The position numbers were made by a program, and so were the translations under genes. The notes beneath the pieces are model-generated. The model had not been told where the DNA came from. It did no database searches and was given only the letters and a program-made list of their open reading frames with translations. From Candidatus Versatilivorator sp. (GTDB lineage Bacteria; Acidobacteriota; Terriglobia; Versatilivoradales; Versatilivoraceae), in NCBI GenBank assembly GCA_965207735.1, contig OZ242296.1, positions 4,480,001-4,544,000 of the forward strand: DNA of 64,000 bases. Direction: 5' to 3'. Shown in pieces: positions 10,655 to 21,541 of this stretch (within the stretch, counting starts at the first letter, position 1; each line of letters starts with the position of its first letter).

Positions 10655-11148
10655 TGCAATCCCTCATTCAGGCCCTTGTGGACGTGCTGCTGCTGACGGG
10701 GATGGTGGTCATTCAGGGCGTGTCCGCCCACTTCTTCCCAAACGCCGCTTCCCTGCTGAATCTGCCGTTGATTGTCCTGCTCTACATGACACTGACCCAA
10801 GCCGACCTGCTCTGGATCCTTTTCCTGGGAGCCCTGGTCGGCCTGCTGCAAGACAGCCAGGGTGTCCATCTTCTGGGACTCAGCGGATTCTGCAACCTGT
10901 CGGTATGCGTCCTGGTCTACATGGGCGGCACCATGATTGCAATGGACGGCTGGATGATGCGCACCGGCATTCTTGGGCTGTCCTTTGTCGCCGCCGGCTT
11001 CATCTCCTGGGTCCTGCGGGTGGCTTTCCTGGATCGGTTCGAGAGCCTCCCTTTCGACCAGTTGCTGATGGGCGGCCTGGTTTGCGCCGGGCTCGGGCTG
11101 CCGATCTTTACCCTCTTCGATCGATACCTGAAAGAACGGGCACGCTGA
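10654..11148 (+). CDS. mreD: Rod shape-determining protein MreD
   Basis: Hydrophobic 164 aa, GLLQD motif; lies between mreC and mrdA. Confidence 0.88.
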   Translation: MQSLIQALVDVLLLTGMVVIQGVSAHFFPNAASLLNLPLIVLLYMTLTQADLLWILFLGALVGLLQDSQGVHLLGLSGFCNLSVCVLVYMGGTMIAMDGWMMRTGILGLSFVAAGFISWVLRVAFLDRFESLPFDQLLMGGLVCAGLGLPIFTLFDRYLKERAR

Positions 11149-11151
11149 CCG

Positions 11152-13032
11152 ATGCAACTCCGGGACTTCTACAAGGACAAGGAGACGATTCAAGCTCGAA
11201 TCCCGATTTTTCAGGTGTCGGTGATCCTGGGGTTCCTGGTGCTGCTGGGCGGGCTGTGGAAGGTGCAGATCCTGCGGCACAACCACTATGCCGCCTTGGC
11301 CCAGCAGAATCAGATCCGATCCATCCGCTGGGTGGCCCCTCGCGGCAAGATTCTGGATCGCTATGGACGGCCGCTGGCCAACAACCGGCGTTCCTACACA
11401 CTCAGCGTGACCAGGAAGGACCTTCCGGAGCTCGAGTCCTCCCTGGACCTCCTGACCCAGGGCCTCCAGTTCGAGCCCGACTTCCTGCGGTCTCAGATCG
11501 AGAAGCAGCGAAGACGCCCCAGGTTCCTACCCCTGGTTCTCAAGGAGGATGCGGGAATTGACGATATTTCCTTCATCGAGGCCCACCGCCAGGAGCTTCC
11601 GGCCATACAGGTGGTTCCCCATCCCATCAGAAACTATCCCGAAACCGAGGTGGCGGCTCACCTGCTGGGTTACGTGACCGAAATATCGGAGGTTCAACTG
11701 GACTCGGGGATATTCGGCGATACGGCAAAACCCGGCGACATCGTTGGCCAAAAAGGGGTGGAACGTGTCTATGACCACATCCTCAGGGGTGTGGACGGGG
11801 AAAAGACGGTGCGGGTCGACAGTCGCGGCCGCGAGATCGAAACCATCGAGATGATCTCGCCCCAGGCCGGAAACAACCTGCGTTTGACCATCGATATCGA
11901 TATTCAGCAAGCCGCCGAGAAAGCCTTCGGCGACAAGGCGGGAGCAGCCGTCGCCGTCGATCCGCGCACCGGGGAAGTCCTCTGCCTGCTGAGCCGCCCC
12001 GCTTTCGATCCCAACAGCTTCGCCACCCGAATCAGCCGGCAAAAGTGGAACCAACTGCTGCTGGATCCCCGAAAACCCATGCAGAACCGCGCCATTCAGA
12101 GCCGCTTCCCCCCGGGTTCGGTGTTCAAGATTTTCCTGGCCGTCGCCGGCCTGCAGGAAGGGATGCTGACCCCGACCCACACGGAGTACTGCACCGGGGG
12201 CACGCGGATCTACGGCCGCCGCTTCGCCTGTTGGAAAAAGGGGGGGCACGGAAGGGTGAATCTCCACCGCGCCATCGTGTCTTCCTGCAACGTCTTTTTC
12301 TATCGCCTGGGTCGAAAGCTGGGGATCGAAAAGATCGCCGTCCATGCCAAAGCCATGGGATTGGGATACAAGACCGGAATCGACCTGCTTGGCGAAAACC
12401 CGGGAATCATTCCCTCCCCAGAGTGGAAGCGGCGGATCTACAACGCCAACTGGTATCCCGGAGAGACCATTTCGGTGGCCATCGGTCAGGGGGCGGTTTC
12501 TCTGACACCCATTCAACTCGCCCGGGCCCTGGGAGGACTGGGCCTGGGAGGCGTCTACAACGTTCCCCACGTGGTGCCGGCCGCGGAGCGGCATCGCGCG
12601 GGCAAGCAATTGCCTGCCGCATTCAAGCCGGACCCTCCTCTCGAGCCCCGGACCGTGCGCCTCGTCAGCCAGGGTCTGTGGGGTGTCGTCAACCAGTACG
12701 GCACCGGCAGGCGGGCTGCCGTGCAGGGATTCGACGTCTGCGGCAAGACAGGGACGGCCCAGGTCATCGGCCGGGAATCACGGGAGCGCTTGAAATCCGA
12801 CGGAGAGTCATTCCAGGACAACGCCTGGTTCGTGGGCTTCGCCCCCAGGGACCTTCCTGAAATTGCGGCCGCCGTATTCGTGGAAGAGGGTGGAAGCGGC
12901 GGCGCCAGTGCGGCGCCCGTCCTTCAGGCCATGTTCCAGGTCTACTTCGACAAGCACAAGAAAAAGCAGCCCCAAAACGGGAGCGACTCGGAGCAAATCA
13001 CGTTTTCCCTGCCGTCCGAGAGGGTGGACTGA
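11152..13032 (+). CDS. mrdA: Penicillin-binding protein 2
   Basis: APRGKILDR, PGSVFK (SxxK), SCN, GKTGTAQ. Confidence 0.96.
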   Translation: MQLRDFYKDKETIQARIPIFQVSVILGFLVLLGGLWKVQILRHNHYAALAQQNQIRSIRWVAPRGKILDRYGRPLANNRRSYTLSVTRKDLPELESSLDLLTQGLQFEPDFLRSQIEKQRRRPRFLPLVLKEDAGIDDISFIEAHRQELPAIQVVPHPIRNYPETEVAAHLLGYVTEISEVQLDSGIFGDTAKPGDIVGQKGVERVYDHILRGVDGEKTVRVDSRGREIETIEMISPQAGNNLRLTIDIDIQQAAEKAFGDKAGAAVAVDPRTGEVLCLLSRPAFDPNSFATRISRQKWNQLLLDPRKPMQNRAIQSRFPPGSVFKIFLAVAGLQEGMLTPTHTEYCTGGTRIYGRRFACWKKGGHGRVNLHRAIVSSCNVFFYRLGRKLGIEKIAVHAKAMGLGYKTGIDLLGENPGIIPSPEWKRRIYNANWYPGETISVAIGQGAVSLTPIQLARALGGLGLGGVYNVPHVVPAAERHRAGKQLPAAFKPDPPLEPRTVRLVSQGLWGVVNQYGTGRRAAVQGFDVCGKTGTAQVIGRESRERLKSDGESFQDNAWFVGFAPRDLPEIAAAVFVEEGGSGGASAAPVLQAMFQVYFDKHKKKQPQNGSDSEQITFSLPSERVD

Positions 13033-13038
13033 CCCAAC

Positions 13039-14133
13039 GTGGCAAGACAAATCCTGCCCTATCTCAAGCAATGTGACTGGGTGATCCTCTCCCTGGCCCT
13101 GGCCGTCGCCGCCCTGGGAGTTGCCGAGATCTTCAGCGCCACCCAATACGAACTGTCGGAATCCTTTTACGTCAAACAGATCTACTTTATTATCCTGGGA
13201 CTGGCGGTGCTGGCCCTGGTCGTCAGCCTGGACTATCGACTCCTGTCCCAGCAGGTGCCCCATATCTACCTGGTTGCAATTCTGTCGCTGCTCCTGGTCC
13301 TGTTCGTTGCCCCGGCCATCCACGGCACCCGTGGATGGATTCCGCTGGGCGCCTTCAAGATCCAGCCCGCGGAATTCGCCAAGGTAGCCGTCGTTCTGAC
13401 GATGGCCCGCTTCCTCAGCGAGAACCGCACCCACTTTCTGACCTCCGCTCAAATCCTCAAGGCCTGTCTTTTGGTGGGACTGCCCCTGGGACTGATTCTG
13501 CTGCAACCCGACCTGGGTTCAGCCATCACCCTGCTTCCACCGCTCGCGCTCGGCCTGGTGCTTGGAGGACTCCGCCGGAAGTGGATCCTCGCCTGCCTGC
13601 TCGTGTCGACCTTGATTACTGCCGCCGGATGGTATAGTCTCAAACCGTATCAAAAGGAACGGGTCTACACGTTCCTGGAGCCGGAGAGAGACCCTCGCGG
13701 CAAGGGTTACCAGGCGATTCAGTCCCAGATAGCCATGGGCTCCGGCGGTCTGCTGGGAAAGGGAGTCACGCAGGGAAGCCAGACGGCGCTGGGCTTCCTT
13801 CCTGAACGCCATACCGACTTCATATTTTCGGTGGTGGGAGAAGAGCTTGGCTTCTTCGGATCGTTCACCATCCTGGCTTTCTACTTTGTGATCATCATGC
13901 GTTCGATTCGGATTGCACAGACCGCGCGCGACAAGCTTGGAGTTTTTCTCGCCCTGGGAGCGGTGAGCGTGCTCTTTTTCCATATCCTGGTGAACGTCGG
14001 CATGGTGGTGGGCCTGGCGCCCATCACGGGCATTCCCCTTCCCCTGTTGAGCTATGGAGGATCTTCCATGCTCACCACCTTCATATTGCTGGGATTGATC
14101 ATGAATGTCGGAATGAGACGGTACATTTATTAG
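13039..14133 (+). CDS. rodA: Rod shape-determining protein RodA (SEDS family)
   Basis: IQPAEFAK, QPDLG, LPERHTDFIF, GIPLPLLSYGGSS. Confidence 0.96.
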   Translation: MARQILPYLKQCDWVILSLALAVAALGVAEIFSATQYELSESFYVKQIYFIILGLAVLALVVSLDYRLLSQQVPHIYLVAILSLLLVLFVAPAIHGTRGWIPLGAFKIQPAEFAKVAVVLTMARFLSENRTHFLTSAQILKACLLVGLPLGLILLQPDLGSAITLLPPLALGLVLGGLRRKWILACLLVSTLITAAGWYSLKPYQKERVYTFLEPERDPRGKGYQAIQSQIAMGSGGLLGKGVTQGSQTALGFLPERHTDFIFSVVGEELGFFGSFTILAFYFVIIMRSIRIAQTARDKLGVFLALGAVSVLFFHILVNVGMVVGLAPITGIPLPLLSYGGSSMLTTFILLGLIMNVGMRRYIY

Positions 14134-14499
14134 CCCGGACGGTCTAATGACGCCGGTCGGGGCTGCCGGAGTTGAAGCTCCTCGCCAGTCCCGAGGTTTA
14201 CCAACGTTTTTTCTGAAAATTGAAACCCGGTCCCGCTTCGACAGGAATGGTCGAGCGGATCGGAATCATCGAGAAACACCAAAGAGCTTGAACGGTAGTA
14301 TTCCCGGCGAGCTCGACTTGCTCGTCCGCGGAAGCCAGGCATTGGCATGGCCACAGGAGTAGATCCGTGATGGGATCGACAGGATACTCGCTCGATTTAG
14401 GGTTGAGTCCGCCCTACCAACCCGGGCATTCGACCCGCTCAAAACCACCCTCTGCCCCGCCGAACAGCTCCTCGGTGTTTCACCAAGGAGGAGTACCTC

Positions 14500-17358
14500 A
14501 TGTCGAAGGAGCTTATTGTTTCCTCGTCGTCACAAGAAACCAAGGCCGCCATCCTGGAGGGCGGCGAAGTCGTTGAAATCCACATTGAGCGTGAAGGGGA
14601 CCAGGGAATCGTAGGAAGCATCTGCAAGGGTCGAGTGACCAAGGTGCTTCCGGGAATGCAGTCCGCTTTTGTTAATGTCGGTCTGGAACGGGATGCCTTC
14701 CTCTATGTCTCCGACTTTTTCGAAGACACGGACGAATATGACCGGATCGTAAGCACCGCCGAAGAGCAGGTCGCCAAGCTGGACAAGGAACCCGGTTCCG
14801 AAACCACCAAGGAATCCACCACCGGCGGAGAAGACTTCACCGGCTCCCGCAACCCGGATCGCCGACTGCGTTCCCGCCGTGCCAGGCGGGGCCGCTTGCG
14901 AGGAAAACGCCAGGAAGCTGCTCCTTCCGAATCGCCCGCCACGCCACCACCCACTGCGCCACCGCCCACTGCGCCACCGCCCGCCGCGCCACCGGCCAGC
15001 CCTCCGCCCTCCCCGGCTCCGGTTTCCGCCGAAACCGAGACTCTTTCCGTGCTTCCCGGGGAATCGCTGGCCAAGTACGCCGCGGTTACCGAATCCCTCC
15101 CGATAGAGGGAACCGAACGCGCTCAGGCGGCTGCAGCTCCGACTGAAACGCCCGCGGTTCAGTCCGAACCGAGCGCGGCAACCGAGCCATCCGAAGCAGC
15201 TGAGCCTACCGCTGCGACTGAACCCACCGTTGCTCCCGAGGCACCCGCTGCCGCAGAACCGACCGGAGCGGCCGAGGTCACCGAAGCAGCCGAGCCGGAG
15301 CCCGCGCCCCTGAAGGGTAGAAGGGGCCGAAGGCGCTCCAGGCAAACTGCTGCCGAAAGCGCTGAGGCGGGCTCTCCCGCGCCAGCCCCTGAAGAAACGC
15401 AGACCGCGGACACGGAAGCGGCGGAGGTGACTGCCGAAGTCGCCCCCTCCAGTGGCGACTCGGTGCCGGCCCCCGAAGCTTCCTCCGAGGAACCCGCGGA
15501 AACAGTCACGGCTTCGGCAGAGCCCGAGGCAGTTGCGCAGGAGAACCCTCCCGGCCCGACGCAGGAAGAGTCGGTGGCCGAGGAGGTCAGTGAGCAAGTG
15601 GAAGCCTCCCCGGAATCGAACGCCCCGGCGCCGCCCGAAGCGGTTCCCGCCGAGGACGCCGGAGCCGTCACGGATCCGGCTCCCGAAGTCGCCGAGCCGG
15701 CCGCGGAGGCCGCCGCCGATGAATCCGGCGCCTCTTCTGCCACAGCCCAGGATGGAGACCAGGCGGAGGCGGCCACCGCCTCGACCGAGACGGACCAGCC
15801 TCAGGAGCCGGCTGCGGCGTCGATCGCCACGGACGAGACTCCGGAGCCGGCCGCCGTCGAGGACGCCGAACCTCCCTCCTCCCAAGCCGCCGAGCCGGCC
15901 GTAGGCACCGGAGAGAGTGCATCCGACCCGGCTCAGCCCGAAGACCCAAGCTCGACCGGGCAAGCGGCCGCCGAACTCGAACTCGAGACGGTCGGGGCAT
16001 CCCAATCACCCTCCGCTCCCACCTCCAGACCCCGAGCCTCCAACGCCCAGTATCGCAGCCGTCCCAACACTCCCCGGTTTTTTCGCCGGTCACCGGACCG
16101 GCGGCGCTCCCACTTTCGCGGCGAGGAGCGCCAGAATCGGGAGGCAGCCTCCCCCGCGCCCATGATCGCCGACCTGCTCAAGGAGGGTCAGGAGATCCTG
16201 GTCCAGATTGCCAAGGAGCCGCTGGGCACCAAGGGAGCCCGGATCACTTCCCACATCGCTATTCCGGGGCGCTACCTGGTCTACATGCCGACGGTCAACC
16301 ACATCGGGGTCTCCCGCAAAATCAGCTCCAGCGAGGAGCGCCAGCGACTCAGGAAGATCATTCAGGACAACCGGGGAGATCTGCCGGGCGGGTTCATTGT
16401 TCGTACGGCCGGGGAGTCCAAGGGAGAAGACGAATTCAAGGCGGACATCGGGTTTCTCCGCGCCCTCTGGATAGAGGTCAGGACTCAGTCCGAGAAAAAG
16501 TCCGCCCCCGCCATCATCCATCGGGAACTGAACCTGGTGCAACGGATTCTCAGGGACCAGTTCAACCGGGATTTTTCTGCGATCCGGGTGGATAACGAGC
16601 TGTCCTACGCCTCCATCGTGGAGCTGATCCATCGATTCCAACCCAACCTGGTCAAACGGGTCAAGCTCTACACCCGAGAGACACCCATATTCGAAGAGTT
16701 CGGGGTCCAGTCGGAACTGGACAAGGCCCTGCGCTCCAAGGTCTGGCTGAAATCGGGAGGCTATATCGTCATCGACCAGGCCGAGGCTCTGGTGGCCATC
16801 GACGTGAACACCGGCAAGTACGTGGGCAGGTCGAACAAGCTGGAAGACACCATTGCCAAGACCAACGTGGAGGCCGCCAAGGAGATCGCCCGGCAGTTGC
16901 GGTTGCGCGACCTGGGAGGCATTATCGTTTGCGACTTCATCGACATGGAGGACCGCAAGAACCGGCTCAAGGTGACCCAGACGCTGGAGACGGCCTTGAG
17001 GCGCGACAAGTCGCCTTCCAAGGTGCTTCAATTCAATGACTTCGGCCTGGTGGCCGTTACCCGCAAGCGGGTCAAGCAATCGCTGCTGAAGGTGTTGTGC
17101 GAGCCCTGTTCCCAGTGCTCCGGGTCCGGAATGGTGAAGTCTCCCCAGACCGTCTGTTACGAGATTCAAGGGGAAGCGCGGAAAATGGCCGGCGCCATCG
17201 AAGACCCGGAGATCACAGTCAGGGTGCACCCCGTGGTCGCCAAAGCCCTCAAGACCACCGAGGCCTCGGTGGTCGACGAACTGGAGTCGAGCCTGAAGAA
17301 AGACGTGGTGATCAAGAGCGATCCCCTCTTCCCCCAGGAACGCTTCGACATCTTTTGA
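14500..17358 (+). CDS. rne: Rne/Rng family ribonuclease with long disordered insertion in the S1 domain
   Basis: KGRVTKVLPGMQSAFV ... QIAKEPLGTKGARIT, AIDVNTG, GGIIVCDFIDM, CxxC; SD AAGGAGGAG. Confidence 0.92.
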   Translation: MSKELIVSSSSQETKAAILEGGEVVEIHIEREGDQGIVGSICKGRVTKVLPGMQSAFVNVGLERDAFLYVSDFFEDTDEYDRIVSTAEEQVAKLDKEPGSETTKESTTGGEDFTGSRNPDRRLRSRRARRGRLRGKRQEAAPSESPATPPPTAPPPTAPPPAAPPASPPPSPAPVSAETETLSVLPGESLAKYAAVTESLPIEGTERAQAAAAPTETPAVQSEPSAATEPSEAAEPTAATEPTVAPEAPAAAEPTGAAEVTEAAEPEPAPLKGRRGRRRSRQTAAESAEAGSPAPAPEETQTADTEAAEVTAEVAPSSGDSVPAPEASSEEPAETVTASAEPEAVAQENPPGPTQEESVAEEVSEQVEASPESNAPAPPEAVPAEDAGAVTDPAPEVAEPAAEAAADESGASSATAQDGDQAEAATASTETDQPQEPAAASIATDETPEPAAVEDAEPPSSQAAEPAVGTGESASDPAQPEDPSSTGQAAAELELETVGASQSPSAPTSRPRASNAQYRSRPNTPRFFRRSPDRRRSHFRGEERQNREAASPAPMIADLLKEGQEILVQIAKEPLGTKGARITSHIAIPGRYLVYMPTVNHIGVSRKISSSEERQRLRKIIQDNRGDLPGGFIVRTAGESKGEDEFKADIGFLRALWIEVRTQSEKKSAPAIIHRELNLVQRILRDQFNRDFSAIRVDNELSYASIVELIHRFQPNLVKRVKLYTRETPIFEEFGVQSELDKALRSKVWLKSGGYIVIDQAEALVAIDVNTGKYVGRSNKLEDTIAKTNVEAAKEIARQLRLRDLGGIIVCDFIDMEDRKNRLKVTQTLETALRRDKSPSKVLQFNDFGLVAVTRKRVKQSLLKVLCEPCSQCSGSGMVKSPQTVCYEIQGEARKMAGAIEDPEITVRVHPVVAKALKTTEASVVDELESSLKKDVVIKSDPLFPQERFDIF

Positions 17359-17479
17359 TTAGACGCTCCGCAAGGCTTTGCGGTGCGGCAGGAGTGCCTG
17401 GCACCAGGCGTTTTTGGCCTGCTTGGGAGCTTGGCGGCATACCGGCGCCGCCAACCCATCGCTGGTAGCCACTTACCAA

Positions 17480-18135
17480 GCGCCGCGTTTGCCCCCCTCC
17501 GGATCGACTGCGGGCTTCGCCTTTTGGTAGTCACTCTCGGGGCGCCGAGTATGCCCCCCTCCGGATCGACCGCGGGCTGCGCCCTTGTCTCTCCGACTCC
17601 CCCTCAAGGGGGGAGTGATACTTGAGGCTTGCATCAGGCGCCTTGCCCGATTCCTGGGCATGATGTAAACCATGTTCCCGGTCTACCGCATAAACTCCGT
17701 TCCCTCTTCATAACACGGTATCACTCCCCCCTTGAGGGGGAGTCGCAGAAGCCGAGCCGGATGGCGAAGGCTGATGCGGTGGGGGGCAGACGCCGGGCCA
17801 GCTATGGGCGCGGGGTTGTAGCCCCGGCGGGAAGTCCAAGGTCGTGGTAGCCCCCGCAGCCGCGACGCGGCGAATCAATAGCGTCCTTCGGGAACGCACG
17901 GCCCCATCGAAAAACCCACCAACCCCACCCCTCCCACCGAACAAAACCCCTGCGAGCCGGGTGCAGGGACAGGGACAATTGCGGCGCTTGAGAAGATGAA
18001 TTTTTCCAATAGAACGCCCCGGGCGCCAGCCCGGAGATCCCCTCGAGCGGCGAAGCCGCGGCAGCAGGTAGCCGTGGGCGTAAGCCCATGGATTGCGTCG
18101 CGTAAGAGTCGAGCCGCGTAGGCGGCGGCAGCAAA
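17480..18135. repeat. Mosaic repeat cluster (modules A, inverted B, CCCGGGCTGGCGCCCGGG, D)
   Basis: Modules match those at 6010, 3257, 38700 and 59570. Confidence 0.8.
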
Positions 18136-18266
18136 TGCCGGTGAGCCCACGTGAAGCGCAGGGCAACGCATTGACCTTTCTCACCTGCAAAAACGCATCT
18201 TGAGCCGGCTTCCCTGAGAGCCGCGTAGGCGGCGCCAGCACCTAACCCGCCCCCCACACCCTCGCC

Positions 18267-19118
18267 CTATCCCCTCTCACCCGCAATCAGCGCCTCATAC
18301 CCTTCCCTAAACGTCGGATAGCGAAACGCATAGCCCGAATCCAGCAACCGGGCGTTACTGCACCGCTTGGTTCCGCGGGCGGGCTTGCCTGCCTCGGGAG
18401 ACACCCGGGGAGGCGCCGGAACCTTCAGCCGGCCGGCGATCCAGCGCAGGACCTCACACTGCTCGGCGGGCTCATGGTCCACCAGCAGGTAGAGGGACCG
18501 CGGGCTGTCGAGCCCCATCAGATGGGCCAGCGCTCCCGCGCAGTCATCCCGATGGACGTGGTTCAGATAGCGCGGCGGCCCTTCGAAACAGCAAGCCTCA
18601 CCGCTCCCTACGCTGTCGATCAGGCGGTGCCGGCCCGGCCCATAGATCCCTCCGATGCGAACCAGGGTGCCCGCGATCGGGCCCCCCAACAGCACCTGCT
18701 CGGCGGCTCTGAGCAACTGCCCCCTGAAGTGGCCGGCCTCGGCCGGTGAATCCTCGTCCACCCATTCTCCTCCGGACTGCCCGTAAACCGCCGTGCTGGA
18801 AGTAAAGAAGAGGCGGCCAACGGGCGGGTTCTGCCCTTGCAGGGCTCCAATCAGGTTGCCCAGGCCCTGCAGGTAGGCCGACCGGTAGCCCGCCTCCGAG
18901 CGACGATCGGCCCCCGCGGTGTAGAACACCGCATCGAAAGGTCCCGGCAGGTTCCCCAGCGTTTCAGGCCGGGTGAGATCGGCGCTGAACCCGCCCAGCC
19001 CCGCCGGCAGCCGACCCGGCCCACGCCGCAAGCCGCAGACGGAGTGACCCTCCCGAACCAGGCGCAGACCCAGCTCCTGCCCGACGTAGCCGCAACCGGC
19101 AATGAGTATGCGAGCCAT
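18267..19118 (-). CDS. NAD-dependent epimerase/dehydratase (atypical SDR, YeeZ-like)
   Basis: ILIAGCGYVG, FTSSTAVYG, GIYGPGR, FRYPTFREGY. Confidence 0.88.
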   Translation of the reverse strand: MARILIAGCGYVGQELGLRLVREGHSVCGLRRGPGRLPAGLGGFSADLTRPETLGNLPGPFDAVFYTAGADRRSEAGYRSAYLQGLGNLIGALQGQNPPVGRLFFTSSTAVYGQSGGEWVDEDSPAEAGHFRGQLLRAAEQVLLGGPIAGTLVRIGGIYGPGRHRLIDSVGSGEACCFEGPPRYLNHVHRDDCAGALAHLMGLDSPRSLYLLVDHEPAEQCEVLRWIAGRLKVPAPPRVSPEAGKPARGTKRCSNARLLDSGYAFRYPTFREGYEALIAGERG

Positions 19119-19251
19119 GGAGTTTAATTAACCCTGGATGGGGGCCGGGACATGCCACGGCGCCTCCGGAATACCCGAATAGGTTGAATCCGGATTCGCT
19201 GTCGGCCTACTACGTCTGGATCCCCTCCCCCAACCGACCGCGGCTCCCCGA

Positions 19252-21402
19252 TCACACCGCCCGATAGGAGAACAACCTGGCTGAGTTGGGAGCCAGCGGG
19301 ACCGAGAGCCCACCGTGCATCAACTCACTTCCCGACAGGGTCCGGCTTTCTCCGGTGCCCTCGTCCCGCAGGCGATAGCGGCGGCCGGCATCCAAAGACT
19401 GCAGGAAAATGGTTTGGCGAGGCCGGCGCCCCAGATAACGGAAGACGAACACCACCCCTTCCTCGGCGCCATCGCAGAACTGGGCGGCGTCCCAATCGGC
19501 TTCACTGTTGGGAACCGACAGCAACCGGTAGTAGTCCTTCACCAGCAGCGGCCGGATCTTCTTGTAGACCCCCACCCAGTGCTTGGCCCGCCGCAGCACT
19601 TCGGGCGGCCAGGCGGCCAGTCCGCCGTGCAGGAGCAGCTGCCCGCTCATGCGGCTCAGAAAGGCCTGATCCGAAAAGCCGGCATCCAGGCCGTTGTCCC
19701 GCCCCTCCCGGTCGGGTCCCACCGCCGATCCCATGTAGTTGGCCGGCAGGAAGGCATTGGCCCCCAACTGGATCATGCGGCAGGAGTGGGGATGCCCGCT
19801 CATGTCGTTGGCCCAGGCGCAGTGGTGACGCCTGAGGCTGCCCAGATCGATGGCGTTGCCGCCCCCGGCGTTCAGCTCCAGCATCAGGCGAGGGTGCCTG
19901 CGGGTCAGGGTCTCCCACACCCGATAGAGCCCGCGCACGTGAGCGAAGCGGGTCTTGCCGTCGTTGTCCACCAAGTCCCAGTGAAACGATTCCTCGCCCC
20001 GCATGGGATCGGTGTAGAAATCGGCCCGGATGTAACGCAGGTCGTAGCGCTCCACGAAGCCGCCGATGAGGTCGATCCAGTGGTCGCAGGCTTCGGGCGA
20101 GCTGAAGTTGTACTTGAGCGGATGGAAACCCTCGGGAAGTTTGTAGAAGAATTCGGGATGCTCCCGAGGCAAATTGGTCCAGGGAAAGGCCACGGCTTCG
20201 AAGTAGAGTCCCATGCCCATCCCCTTGGAGCGGACATATTCGGCAAAGGGCTCCATCCCCCGGGGGAACTTCTCGGGGTCCACCTCCCAGTTTCCCCTGC
20301 CCTTGGAGTGCCCTCCCTTGTACCAGTCGGCGTCCACGCAGAACATCTCCACACCGGTCTCGGCTGCCGCGTCCACCTGACTGCGGAGCTCCTCTTCGGT
20401 GTAGGTCACGCTGATGCCGGGCCAGAGCGTGTAGGCCACGTGCGGCACCATGGGCTTTCCCCGGTAGTGGGGCGTCAGGCGCTGGTGAATGTAGCGGCGC
20501 AGGCCGTTGGAACCCGACTCGAAGCCCTTCTCGAAAAACCCCAGGTGGACCACCGGCAGGTCCAGGCTCTCCCCCGGGTTCAGAACCAGGTCCTTGATCA
20601 AGGGGCCGACCTCGATTTTCAGGTCGGTGGGAGATCCGTCGAAAGCGACGCGAGCCTGCCAGAAGGTGGACCACTCCATGCCGAAGAAGATCCCGGGCTG
20701 GTCCGAATCGGGACCCTGGCTAACCATGAACAGGGGAAGATCCTGGGAAGAGGATCCGGTCCAGCGTTCTCCGAAGCCTCGCTGCTTGACGGGAACTCTT
20801 ACTTCACAGGAGCCGGTGGGGCACCCGGTCAGGTTTCGGTGGCTGGCAAACTCCACCGGGCGATAGTGAAAGGGTTCGATCCAGCGGGGACGAAAGGCGT
20901 CCGAGGGGAATTCGCGGGCGTGGGGAAAGTAGGAGGCGCTGCCGGCCCCGGAACAGCCCATGATACGGGGGGCGGTCACCCCGCCCAGCCGCAGAAAGAG
21001 GGAATAGAGGCGGGTCAGGGGCAGAGAACGCCCGTCGGAGGTGTTGGTCAACTTCACCCGATATTCAGCCACTCGGAGGGTCCGGTCCAACCGCAGGCTT
21101 CCGGCCGCCTCGAGCCCGTCCTCGGAACGGTAGCGAAACTGCCACAGATCGCCGGTGTCCGCCTCAAGCGACTCCAGTTTCCAGCCCAGCATCTCTCCGT
21201 TGCGCTCCATGGCGAATCCGGGACCCGGTTTCAGCGACACCCCCTCGGGCGCCAGCTCTGCCACGACTTCCACCAGGCTCGCCGGCTTCCCGGACTCCTG
21301 GGCGGCAGCCGTTGCGGCTCCGACCCAGGCGGGCGCGGCAGCCATGACCGCGGTGCTGCCCAGGAATTGACGGCGGTTGATCCCCTTCAACGGCGTTTCC
21401 AT
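19252..21402 (-). CDS. Tat-exported alpha-galactosidase (GH36-like)
   Basis: NRRQFL twin-arginine motif; VDADWY..GNWEVDPEKFPRG, YIRADF; GH36-type C-terminal domain. Confidence 0.8.
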   Translation of the reverse strand: METPLKGINRRQFLGSTAVMAAAPAWVGAATAAAQESGKPASLVEVVAELAPEGVSLKPGPGFAMERNGEMLGWKLESLEADTGDLWQFRYRSEDGLEAAGSLRLDRTLRVAEYRVKLTNTSDGRSLPLTRLYSLFLRLGGVTAPRIMGCSGAGSASYFPHAREFPSDAFRPRWIEPFHYRPVEFASHRNLTGCPTGSCEVRVPVKQRGFGERWTGSSSQDLPLFMVSQGPDSDQPGIFFGMEWSTFWQARVAFDGSPTDLKIEVGPLIKDLVLNPGESLDLPVVHLGFFEKGFESGSNGLRRYIHQRLTPHYRGKPMVPHVAYTLWPGISVTYTEEELRSQVDAAAETGVEMFCVDADWYKGGHSKGRGNWEVDPEKFPRGMEPFAEYVRSKGMGMGLYFEAVAFPWTNLPREHPEFFYKLPEGFHPLKYNFSSPEACDHWIDLIGGFVERYDLRYIRADFYTDPMRGEESFHWDLVDNDGKTRFAHVRGLYRVWETLTRRHPRLMLELNAGGGNAIDLGSLRRHHCAWANDMSGHPHSCRMIQLGANAFLPANYMGSAVGPDREGRDNGLDAGFSDQAFLSRMSGQLLLHGGLAAWPPEVLRRAKHWVGVYKKIRPLLVKDYYRLLSVPNSEADWDAAQFCDGAEEGVVFVFRYLGRRPRQTIFLQSLDAGRRYRLRDEGTGESRTLSGSELMHGGLSVPLAPNSARLFSYRAV

Positions 21403-21541
21403 AGTCGTTCCTCCCTCGTTCCTCCGGAGCCGGCATCATACCACGGCGGTCCGCGACTCCACGCCCTGCCACTACGCCGTCCAGCGTTCGAACGACGCCG
21501 CCAACTCAGCGCTTCCCGTACCGTCGGATATTCACTAACGG

